A stretch of DNA of 64,000 nt from Trichoplax adhaerens (lineage: Eukaryota; Animalia; Placozoa): NCBI RefSeq assembly GCF_000150275.1, contig NW_002060965.1:744001-808000 (forward strand), read 5' to 3'. Positions 26,688-38,100 of the stretch are shown here, one piece after another. Both the position numbers and the translations under genes were made by a program. A model generated the notes under the pieces. It was not told the origin of the DNA. It saw only the letters and a list, made by a program, of their open reading frames with translations, and searched no databases. The number at the start of each line of letters is the position of its first letter. The first letter of the stretch is position 1.

Positions 26688-27092
26688 ATGTTATCCAAGT
26701 TTTTATCTTGATACATTACATCTTTCTTTTTACTTCTGTTGCCTCATATTAGTTTTTAGTGTAAATTTCCTTTCATATTAGAATCAACAAAAACGCTCTC
26801 ATCTATCATAAAACAATCCTTGAGTTTTAGTATCTGCAAGAAATTTGGCCAAGTAATGAATCTTTTACTGTATCATTAGTATAATTTACTAGTAAATGTA
26901 CAGTTTCAGACTTTCAGTGATTTATCAATGACCATTTTGTAAATCGTTTGTACTCGGCGCCTTGATTGTATGTCGATACAAGACAATTGTGATGAAATCG
27001 GTTCAGTTTACTTGGATGAATTTCGGCAGCAAGTAGTACAGGCTCATGTGTCTCTTTGGTTATCGTGCGAATGTGTTCCTGTGTTATTTTAA
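26688..27092 (+). pseudogene. Pseudogene of a secreted cystine-knot growth factor (neurotrophin/Spaetzle-like)
   Basis: One frame of 135 codons: signal-like MLSKFLS*YITSFFLLLLPHISF*, then IIKQSLSFSIC-x37-C-x5-C-x6-C-x25-CECVPVLF*. Four internal stops (26709, 26757, 26877, 26940) and no frameshift. Confidence 0.6.
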
Positions 27093-28199
27093 ATTATTTT
27101 TAAGTTACAAAAGTTTGGTGATATTCGTTCACGGGTATAGCTAATACTTTATAAATTTAAACGGTATAACGACTTATGCATAATTAGAGATACTCGTCTA
27201 TAACAATTCAGTAAACCTGAATACCTACGCAATTACTTTAGTGAAGTAGCAGGCTAGACTTTGATATTGGTGATCTCATAATTTACAGTGAGTTGAAATA
27301 AAAATTAATAATAGCAGGATTAAAATGTCTAGGTAGATAATTGATTCAGAAATAAATTCTTCATGATGGTAGTAAACCGCATCGACTTAAATAGACAACT
27401 ATTGAAGTCATACAGTATTACCCTTCCTGAAAAGATCTCATTCCACTACCGATGAGAAATAAGTAAGGCTTGTAAGGGTTCTATGTATCATTATTACAAT
27501 TACCAAAAGAAACAGTTAATGCAATTAGAGATACTGTATTTAGCTATTTATTAAAAGTTGAAATATCGCCACTGTATTAATCAATTCATAATCTATGATT
27601 GTAAAGAGTAACTGTCATATAATTTCAGTTCAAAATTGACACAAGTAGCAATATTTCGAGAGAACCATTTAATTATAACTACTACATTGCCGAGAAGTGC
27701 ATGCTTATTACAATTATGTCTACTAATCCAACATATATTACAGCCGCTGCATATATACAGGAACAGTCAAATATTTTATACGGACTGTACGAGTTCAAGA
27801 CTACTGAATTTATAGCATTATACATTAAAAGATCGACATTTCAAGAATGTATGACTTAAAAGACCTGTAAGAATATAATTTTAGTTATGTCCGGCATTAG
27901 GTATATCTAGGGTAGTAGTTTTTACAAGTTTTCTGACATACTTAGAACCAGAAGAGGGCAAACTAATTAAAATTGAATCACATTCGTACACTTACTTATA
28001 TCGAAGATATCACAAGTTGTCATGAATAGTTTGCAATGGTATATCAATATGTACCATTATACAATCATAAAATAAATCTAATATGGCTAGTGATGTAAAG
28101 AAGTTAAATATAATCTCATTTCATACACAAAATCTATCCATTGGTGTAATAATACAATTAGATGAACATCACTTTGCGCTATCTTTATAGCAAAATTTT

Positions 28200-30103
28200 T
28201 TATACTTGAGGAATGAATTCAATTTCAATCTGTTAATTAGCTAGAGTGAAGGAAGTAACATCTTTTAAATAGAGAGCAAAAGTAAATTTGAATATTAAAA
28301 ATGACGACAAAACATGATTCGCAAATGTAAACATTAAGAAGAAGGATACAACTCGAAGCCCTTTCTCCATCGGATTGATGATTTTTAACCCTCGAGCTTC
28401 ATAGATTGAGGAATTTTGTTCATCAATGTAGTTGGCAACATCTTGAAGGCACTGCACAAAAGTTATGATTGAAAGCGATAAGACCGTATTCGATAATTAC
28501 CAAGAACAAAGTTATACTTACTTTTTCGTAATGGGTACGGAAGCACAGTAGTGAAGAATACGCTGTCAAACACGATAAACATCCAAGTAGATAAGCACGG
28601 AAATTCAGAGCTTCGGCTTTAGCAAATATTGCGTTAATATGATTAATAGTTTCCAAAAAAGTAGTCTCATCAATCTATTGAAGAAAATTTCGAAATAAAA
28701 AGTTACTGTACTTCTATTCAATACTAACATTTATATTTATAATTATTGATTAATTTAAGAATTGGAACTCAGTCAATCTCGATTTAGCCATAAACCGGAT
28801 ATTTACAAATTACAAAACGCATACGATAACTCAAAACAACCCTAGAGTAATTTCACTTTGCTTGTTATACAGTAGAGTTGACTGGTTACTTGTGCAAATA
28901 TAACGTTTAAATTCACTGTAAACTTGATTTTAGCCATGAATCGGATATTACAAAATCGATATGGTAACTATTACTAATTATAATGATAGCTATTACGGTT
29001 CTATGTTGTTTGTTGTAGAGTTTATTTCGCTCTACTCACGTAATTACTGCTCTACCGTTAGCAAATGAACTCCGCAGAAAAAAAACAAGTTATGTAAATT
29101 ATGCTGTACAGCGCAATTGGTTAATATTCGGTATTAAACGTTGTAATTCTCACGATTAAAAGCCCTAGCAAATGACAGTTTCTTGTCATTGATGTATAGT
29201 AAACTCATTAGAACCATATCATACTGTATACTGTACTATGGAGGACGTCATTTCTGTACCTGCTGTTAGAATGATTATCCTGAATATATCTTATATTTAG
29301 ATCCATTCATTATCGGTCTCTAAATAGACTTTAATTTTAAAGTAAGCTAATCACGCTTTGGTCACATCTTTTGATTTACTATTTTCGTTATTTTAGTTGA
29401 AAAAAAACTGGATTACCCTATCCGTACACAACTTCGAATGCTCGTCATTATGAAAATAGACTGCTTTAGACTCTGGTCGAGCACTCTGATTCACCGAAAT
29501 TTTTCGGTTGTCTAATACCGTACTGTATGTAGACTAACTAAAATCTATACAATAGGTTAAAAATTTTGTAAGAGGCAACAAAAACATAGTATGATTTTAT
29601 TTGATGGAAATTCTTTTTTTAGCAGGCAATAACATCCATGTTAAGTTACGCTATTGGTCATAAGATCGTGAATGACTAACCTTGCCACGTAATGCTACTG
29701 GAAAGGACTTCTCGAACCGACATGTAATTCCTTCCGAATAATCACGCTCAACAACTGCTCTGTTAGTTAGCATGAAACCATTTTGGGGCTGTTGTGGCTG
29801 AGATATTTTCACTATATTATTATGGCTAGTCTAAAGGTAGAAGGAATAATAACTGCATTAATTTCTACCAGTCATTCTAATCACATTTCAAGTTGTTTTC
29901 CCATATTATCCAAAAAGATACATATTCGTATAAGAAGAGAATCAGATACCTCAGTGTTACGCATTTATAATTGCAGATTGATCGTATTCAATATGACAAA
30001 CTGCATTAGTTAAACCTGTTCATAAGTTCTTTTTCAATATTACGAGTACAAATTGTGCTATCAGAATGCATTTAGGCGAAATTTTGAAGAAACTTACGTC
30101 CAT
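28200..30103 (-). CDS. GOLGA7: Golgin A7 / GCP16 (Erf4 family, DHHC palmitoyltransferase cofactor), 5 exons, ~135 aa
   Basis: Exons 30103-30098, 29797-29681, 28674-28522, 28451-28350 and 28229-28200 give MDPQQ..VERDYSEGITCRFEKSFP..AEAL..YLLGCLSCLTAY..THYEK..EQN..IY..NPMEKGLRVIEI, collinear with human GOLGA7. GT-AG junctions; the first two junctions are less certain. Confidence 0.93.
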
Positions 30104-31103
30104 CTTGCTGCGATTTCCAGCGATGCATGTACTGTAACCAAGTAACTGCAGTCAAACTTCCTTCTAGTAGTTCTCCGTACGTGTTCGCTGTCAGGGATGA
30201 TTGGTACTGTACGCTTATTGTACTGTACAAAAGTACACTCAGTATACTGTACAGTACAGTACAGTATTCTAGTTTTCATTCAATATTCGCTCACCACATT
30301 TGCGCACGCTCAGTATTTTGGTAGAGTCTGCTGTTCACAATAAAAAATCCGTCTGTCTGCATCATACAGTCTACAGTACACTACAGGAAGGGTCTCTACT
30401 GTACTGTACACTCAGTGTACAGTTCTGTACAGTGCGGGCAGACGGACTTCCCTACCAAATGAAGGCTTAAATATCGGAAAATGACAACTTGGGTGTACTG
30501 TAGATCATCCATGTCTATTTTCGAAATCACTGGTACTAATTTAAGTTGAATAAGTGTCTACGACAGAATATAACTATTTTCAAGCAGAAATTTGTAATAG
30601 ATAATAAAACTCAATGTAATATTACTTAATTTAGAAAACATCAGTTGATTCAAAATCGATCGTCTGCATACTAGAGTAACAAACTGTTTGGCACGATACA
30701 GTATTTGACGAGATGAGGGCGAAAATGTCTGTCCGTCCAAGAGTGATCAGTCCTATTTAGCTCTTCTTCTAGTAGTCGATGAGTACCATGACACTGCACT
30801 GTATAGTATACGGTGTACATAAGAGTTTCTTAACTCTATAGTACGCTGTACACCCATAATGTACCATACAATACAGTACTCAAAGCAAAATTGAGCAAAC
30901 CATCCGCTAAAAATACCAATAAACCATTGATCATCAACGGCGTAACTCTTGAATCCGTTTGGTCAAAACCTGAAACCCCAACTTTTCTACTCATTTCTTT
31001 ACTGCAGTGAATGTACTGTAATCAGGCCTGAATTGGAATAGAACACTCTTAGCTTTTGAATTGTTGGCCAAGGATTAAAGAGGATTATTATCGATTATTC
31101 GCA
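30104..31103. promoter_or_regulatory. Putative bidirectional promoter (GOLGA7 / FAHD1-like) rich in ACAGT repeats
   Basis: Divergent start codons ~1 kb apart, with ACAGT/ACTGT tracts at about 30200-30430 and 30790-30880. Confidence 0.55.
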
Positions 31104-31730
31104 ATGAAAACTATGCGTAACTTTACAGAGGGTGGAACGAAGGTAGTTGCAGCTGCACTCAATTATCCCAGCCAAGCAGCTGAAGGTCGAAAGGCTCCTG
31201 CCATATTTTTAAAACCTACTTCTTCGTATATCAAAGAAGGTGAGAAAATTCGCATACCACCCGGGTATAATCGAGTTCATTACGAGGTTGAACTGGGCTG
31301 CGTTATTGGTCGTCGTGGCAAGAATATTCCGAAAGAAGAAGCCTTAAATTACGTTAGCGGTTATGCACTGGGATTGGACATGACGTTATTTGATCGAATA
31401 GATATGACGAAGCATGCCCCATGGGATATAGCGAAAGGATTCGATACATCTTGCCCAGTTAGTAGATTTATCGAAAAAGACGAACTGAAAAATCCTGATG
31501 ATACTAAATTATGGCTTAAAGTGAATCAAGAAATGGTGCATGAATGCAACACTAAAGATATGTTATTTAAAATACCTGATCTAATTAGCTATGCTAGTCA
31601 ATTTATGACCCTAGAAGAAGGTGATCTACTGTTAACTGGAGCTTCTGGAAATGGGCCTGTATATTCTGGAGATAGAATCACTTGTGGATTAAACGAGATA
31701 GTGCAAATGGAATTTGATGTTAGCAACTGA
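31104..31730 (+). CDS. FAHD1: FAHD1-like FAH-family protein, divergent paralog (intronless)
   Basis: IFLKP, HYEVELG, LDMT, PW..AKGFDTSCPVS and TLEEGDLLLTG motifs. ATG at 31104 (or 31113) is preferred over the TTG start of the ORF track. Confidence 0.9.
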   Translation: MKTMRNFTEGGTKVVAAALNYPSQAAEGRKAPAIFLKPTSSYIKEGEKIRIPPGYNRVHYEVELGCVIGRRGKNIPKEEALNYVSGYALGLDMTLFDRIDMTKHAPWDIAKGFDTSCPVSRFIEKDELKNPDDTKLWLKVNQEMVHECNTKDMLFKIPDLISYASQFMTLEEGDLLLTGASGNGPVYSGDRITCGLNEIVQMEFDVSN

Positions 31731-33838
31731 GACAGGTTTATTTCAAACAATATGACCATCTAGGCTAAAATATATAGGAACACTGAATAGGGTAATAATT
31801 TTTTACTGTATCCCCCGATAGTAGCAAGAAACGCATCTTTTCATTGAGTAAGCGTGCAAAGGCTGGCCAGTACTAGCTTCTCTTTCCATCGGCTTTTAAA
31901 TAATTAATAAATTCATGTACCAATTAACCAAATAGCGAATATTATTGAATCATAATCTGTTTAAGAGCATATTTTTATGCTACATTTTATGTCGCACATA
32001 GATATACATCGAAATGCAATTTACATGAAACCTGGATGATTTTAGCTAACAAATCATTTATTTACTCCGATCCTATACTGTAACACAGCATCTACAGTAA
32101 TACGTAATATGTATCAAAATTTGGAAGGTAGTGCAATCTCCAAATGAACATTGGAATACGAGTATAATCGATATCTTCGCAAATATTTTTGTAGTTGCAA
32201 TGATGTGCTGTGATGTTGCGCATTGGCAGCAACTAAATCATTATTATTGACGACTTTGCTTACATCTTATTCTCGGTGAGTCATTTGTTGGATATGCATC
32301 TGAATAGACTTTCGTAATTACGTTATGATGTGGTACATAAAATGTATAAAGCGGCATCAAGCGTAGCTAAAAGCGAAATAAGGTGCCGAAGGTATAATGC
32401 GAAAATAGTAAATTGTATAAAAAATTTAAATTTGCACACCTGCTTGTTGAGCTGAATTGTAAAGTAATGGTACAATAAATAAGATATGTATTTCTTATGT
32501 GAAACTTGTTGTGAGTTAATCAAGTTGTATTTTTTGCTTAATTTGTTTCCTATTTTAGATATTAAAAAATGTCTATTGTAAAAATGTATCCTATAATCAG
32601 CTGGGAAAGTATAAACTGCATGAGACCAGCACAGGAATGAAAGATAAACTATTCGGTGCATTATTACAGGCTGTAATAATTACAGCTACTACGTAAATCA
32701 TGGCTTAAGTGCTAAGTGAAAGAGAATTAATCAAATCTGTGCATTTATTCTGTATGATATTGCCAAAAACCATGTATTTCTTGAATGAGATATTAATATG
32801 AGGTACAATTCACTGTCAAACTGGATTGACGATTCATTATACAGAATTTAGCATCAATTTGTTATCTGAAATTATGTACTGAAATGTTCATATTCAAGCA
32901 AGGTCTTTACTATAAATGAACCTCGTAAGATCAGTACCATACGAATGGAATCGATAACTATTACAGCAATATTATAGTTTTGCAAGAAGTAATACTGATT
33001 CCGTATAGGTTTGAGAAATCGAAAAACTATCTTCCTCGATGTCTCATTATTTATACTGTATTATGCTTTTATTCCTTTTGCGAATTTATTTTAACCCGTA
33101 TATTGCATTACCAGTACATTGATCATTGAAGATATTGTAGATGTACCGGCTACGGAATATCGAAGAACTCGCATTTCTATCATGCAGCGCTAACATAACA
33201 GTATAAAGCACGCACCAATACACAGCTGACCTGGATCATTCAATATTAATTAAGAAGGCAGATTTTTTTATGTATTTTAGTGATTCTTACTGCATCACTA
33301 ATGGCAACCTAGAAGTGTAACTCTTAGAGTATGATCCTTAAGAGTTGATACAAATCGAAATTAAAGAATGTGTAGTAATGCATATCAGGGAGCTAAATAG
33401 CTACTTTGTCTATATTCCGATTTACAGTTAATTTGAACGATTATCAAGTTTAAATAGTAAATTTTAGAACATTCATTTATTCAGTTACCAAAATAGACAG
33501 GACGACTGGCAACAAATATATTCTAAAAACCCTGCATTATGATAATTGTTGTATATGTATTGCATTCTTACTGTACAGTAAACTGACTATAGATTTTTGA
33601 TTCATACCGTAGTAGCTTAGGTGAATTTGAACTAATATCCATTGGATATTCCTTCACCTAATTATACTTATTCTTAGTAACATATCTTATATATTTCGAA
33701 TACTAGAAAGGTGAGACAGAATTCCTATCTAGTAATATTTAAATTGATATGAGATATCTTAATCCAAACGCGTTACTTTTTATACTTGCAATCTATAAAT
33801 TCATACATCTACTAATAGATTAGTAATTACAACTGCAA

Positions 33839-35142
33839 TCAGTGACACTTATAAAAATATCTCCAATGAGTTTTTGATAAATCAGGGTCAGGCTTGTTTA
33901 AGAGTAGGTTGAGTGAGGGTAAACTATTTACACTTTTAGAGGCTTTATCGTTGTACCAATCAAAGCTTGTTACAGAAATATGTGGTGCATTAATGCTTCG
34001 AACATTTTGATGAGAAAATGGATAACGCCTTACAATCGGAGCAGTGTTAATATTGCGGATCAAATTCCTATCGTGACCGACAAAGGTTGATCTATAGACA
34101 GTTCGAGATCGCTCAGTAGGGATCGATGACTCACTTAAATATTCATTCATTGAAAATTGCTGTTTATTTTTGATTGGCAGTAAACGTTTTCCATGTTTCT
34201 GTAGTAATATAAATGTACATTTAGGTAAAAGATATCAATTATTTTCAAACTTTTAAAAGCAATAGAATTTAAAAATTGATATAGACGGAGAAATTGTACA
34301 TAAGCGACTTATATATCATTAAACAGATGAAGTTATTCAAGAAATAAAGTGATATTAAATAAGTAATAGTTACATATATTGCATCTTACCATATCTAGAT
34401 AGTCGCCTTTAGTTTCGTGAACTTTACGATTGTCATGAACGGAAAACGGATTGAAATTTTTAAAAGTACTCTGTAAGAAGCAATTACAAATTGAGTGAGA
34501 AAGATAGCTTTATGCTTATCAAATCGCTTCCACCATGCCATAATTGACTTGGTATTTATAAAGTATTAATGGGTTTCATGATACTGACTTTATTTTATTG
34601 TAATACTACGCAGTTAGTTATAATTACAATTAGAAATATTTAGGCTTGTAGTTGATTACTTGTTAGAGTAGGATGCAATGTATGTACCATCAGCATATTA
34701 ATAAATAGATTCTACATTATGTAATACTGAAGCAGTAACGGTTTACAACTATTTTATTCATATTAAGAGCCATTCTACTTGCTTAAATGAGTAACAACGA
34801 TGGCTAGCGTAAAACTCTAGTTATTATAGTACCCGATATTTATCTTCAAACCGTTCTGTTGAAAATGATTTGCAGGTTCTGTTGTCAAAATTGAAACTCT
34901 CACGTTGAGACGTTGTAGGTATAGACATAGGTGGAGAGTGAGATCTGTACTCTTTTAGCTTCAGTCATTAGTGAATATGGAAGAATGTGTTAGAATTTCC
35001 TACATTACTCACAAGGAATAGCTATTTCAAAGAAGTATCATAAAATACTTTCGGTAATGTTAAATGTAAAAATTTCGGTCAGTGTACTTACCCATCTTCC
35101 GTCAGTCTTCGTCGATGGGGTGTATTGTCTTCCTTTAGGCAT
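33839..35142 (-). CDS. TEX36: TEX36-like HDNR-domain protein, 4 exons, ~202 aa
   Basis: Exons 35142-35092 (MPKGRQYTPSTKTDGRW, cf. human MTKGRRFNPPLDKDGRW), 34949-34833, 34470-34390 (NPFSVHDNRKVHETKGDYLD, HDNR motif) and 34198-33839 (GKRL..RRYP). All junctions are phase 0. Confidence 0.85.
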
Positions 35143-38100
35143 TGCTGCTTCTAATTGTAAGTTAGCAATTTGCTTTAAAGTATAATTCTCATAAAATCCT
35201 TAAAATTTTATCTGCTATATAATTGATAGATGAACCAATAAATAAGGCCTCTCACGATCGATTTAACGTCAGTTTAGCTATAATTTATGCCACTGATGAT
35301 CTCAGGTAGCATACCATTCTTATATTAGTAGTAATTAGAACAGTTTGTATTCCAAGTATCCATTGATGACGAACTACTTAATAATGTAAGTGTAATCGTA
35401 AAGGTAAGATCCTATTTAGTAGACTACCGCAATGCACCTAAACTATAAACGATATCTGCTATCAGTTACGTTAGCCGACGATCTAGTAGTTGCAATATCC
35501 ACTGCACACATTCAGCTTTTCTATATTCACTTTCTACAGTAATCCTAGGTTAACTTCTTAGCTCTCATATGGATCAGTTTTTAATCGATTGTCATAGTCA
35601 CAAGCAGCTCTGTCATCGATGTAAATAACACAGTATAGCTACTTATATATGTATAACTGACCGACTGAATTCGTTACTAGCTGCTAGAGTTTCTGTTATG
35701 ACTTTACGGAAACGACGCATCTGATCCATGTTACTCGTTGCTAGGAGACCTTTTGTGTGTACAAGACAGCAATAATCACCATTAATGCATATAGTCTATA
35801 CAGACTTTCCAGACAGACTTGCATCTCTGTTAGTACTTGTACTTGTGCTGACTATAGAGGTTAATACAGTTGGTGATACGGTAAAGTATAGCAGTGATAT
35901 TTCGAAAGTGCTAGATTAGCAGACTTTCAAGTGTTTCATCCGCCGTCGAAGGTATAAAATAAATAAAAGCCGGAAGTTTTCATGCGAGGAAAAGATATGT
36001 GAAATACTATAAACAAACTGACAAGAGCATAGACACTGCAACAATGATTAACTACGGTAGATATGACAGAAGTAGTTTTAGTTGTTGTAAATATATAGAC
36101 ATATAATCTCGAACGCGATATATTTAATGCATTGTGGCTAGCGATTTGCGTATTATGACGATTCTCACACTCTCATTTCGGATTATCTTACCGAATGATA
36201 AACACTTCCTCTGATATATACTCATACATTCCATTAATACTATTGCTCAGTCCGTTCCGGAGTTGAAGTAGTCTCTATATTGACAAGGACCTGGTGTCCA
36301 TTCCTACTCTGCGCCCTTGTTTCACAGTGCTGTAGTACACTCGACTAGACTAGATTCTACCATAATTCCTTAATAATGCGATACGATACTTTCGACGTAG
36401 CGGTATACGTAGGCCAGAGTCTGTAATGTAATTAGATGTGATAATAACTTATCTCAGAATACAGTCAGTTAAAATATACATCGCATGAGACGAGAGTACA
36501 GTGTGCGTACGAGTATAAATAGAACATAAAAATCTTCAGAAGGAAGCAACTTCTCTGTCTTATGGTCTGATAACGCACAGTTTTCTATTTGCCTCAATAA
36601 ACTAGAGTATCTCTAAACCAGAATGGTGTCTTTACGACAACAAAACATAACTGAGTCAATCTAACCGAACTACGCTTCATAAACATGGTCTTAAGCAAAC
36701 TGTCAGTTAGCAGTGATCGAATAGCGCTCTATAAAAATAAAATTCATAGTAAGAAAATTAAGAAGTGAGGCTTAATCAGCTAGATGCAGGCGTGCATACC
36801 CTAATCATGATTAATTCCTTTGAAAATTTGAAATCGCTTTCTGTAAAAGAGTGCTAGTAGTACCTAATACGTATGTAAAGACGTCTCCGCTGTGTATTTG
36901 TCAAATGGCTTGGCTACCCTCTGCATACAATAATTCAGCTTGTAAATCCTGAGCAATTTTAAATTGCAATTAGCCACACCAGGTTATTATAGGATAGAGA
37001 CAAGTGTGGAGTATTCAGGTGTATCAGGAGAAGCAGTAAAATCACCTTGCTATACCGCGTACTGTACATTAGAATTGCACTATGATAGAATATTGAACGT
37101 TGCAATGGTAAAATTTCCTTAATAAACCTTTGATCTAGTAACCATTCTGTAGTCTGCAGTTCACCATAATAATATAGTATAAGTTCTGCTTCATTCGCTT
37201 CATTGGATAAAGGCAAAAGCAATCCCTACACCGTTGGTAATTTGATGATTCTATATGCACTGTAGATAGGAGAATTACGTATTTGTATTCTATTTACCGC
37301 GTTAACTAAAGATCCTTTCTTTAACTTTAAATCTATATTGGACGTATTACCCCAGGAAAATGCATACTATACAACGCACAAATATATGTCTTAAATATCA
37401 TCGTAAGCAGCTTTTGCTGACTCGGTTGCTCAGTACACTTACAGTGTAGGCTTTTAGCTAATCAGCTACCCATACACTTGTAATACTGTTCGTTTTAATT
37501 AATTATGCAAACAGAATATCTTCGTTATGCGACAAAACAAAGGCCACAGTATTTCACTTAGGGGTATGCGAAACAAATATACAGTATATGAATATTATTT
37601 ATTACAGGGTTTATTATATACAGTAAGGGATATAGTATGTAGAATAAGAAGAAAAATTACGTTTATATCATAGTAAAGATAAATGATAAGCAAATGCACG
37701 TAATTATCATTTCTTAATGGAACAAATGGATATATTAGTTTTATAATGTTGTAGCATTTTGTACTGTTGTAGTGTTTGATGCAGCTGCTTATGGCTACGG
37801 TACATTCTGAACATGATGAATTAATGATATGTTTTGTTCTTCATCAATATACTATACGCGTAAGCCGCCTACGATTTTTGCTAATTAATCTATCAATAAA
37901 GGTAAGGACACAATTACTGTGTTTACGCTATGTAAATCGGCAAGAATTAACAAAAATCACAAATTGATTTTGACGCCGTGGTAGTCAGACATTACTTATT
38001 ACATGGCTATTGTCCTAAAGATCAACAAATGCTAATAAATACATAATTATAATTGGCGCGACAACTTTATGTGAAACCATGGCCATCCCACAAACGGAGT

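Noticed and set aside
26709-26942. Stop-codon recoding or an alternative genetic code in the cystine-knot frame
   Set aside because: All three stop types occur, and neighbouring genes end with TAA, TAG and TGA normally, so pseudogenisation is the simpler explanation.
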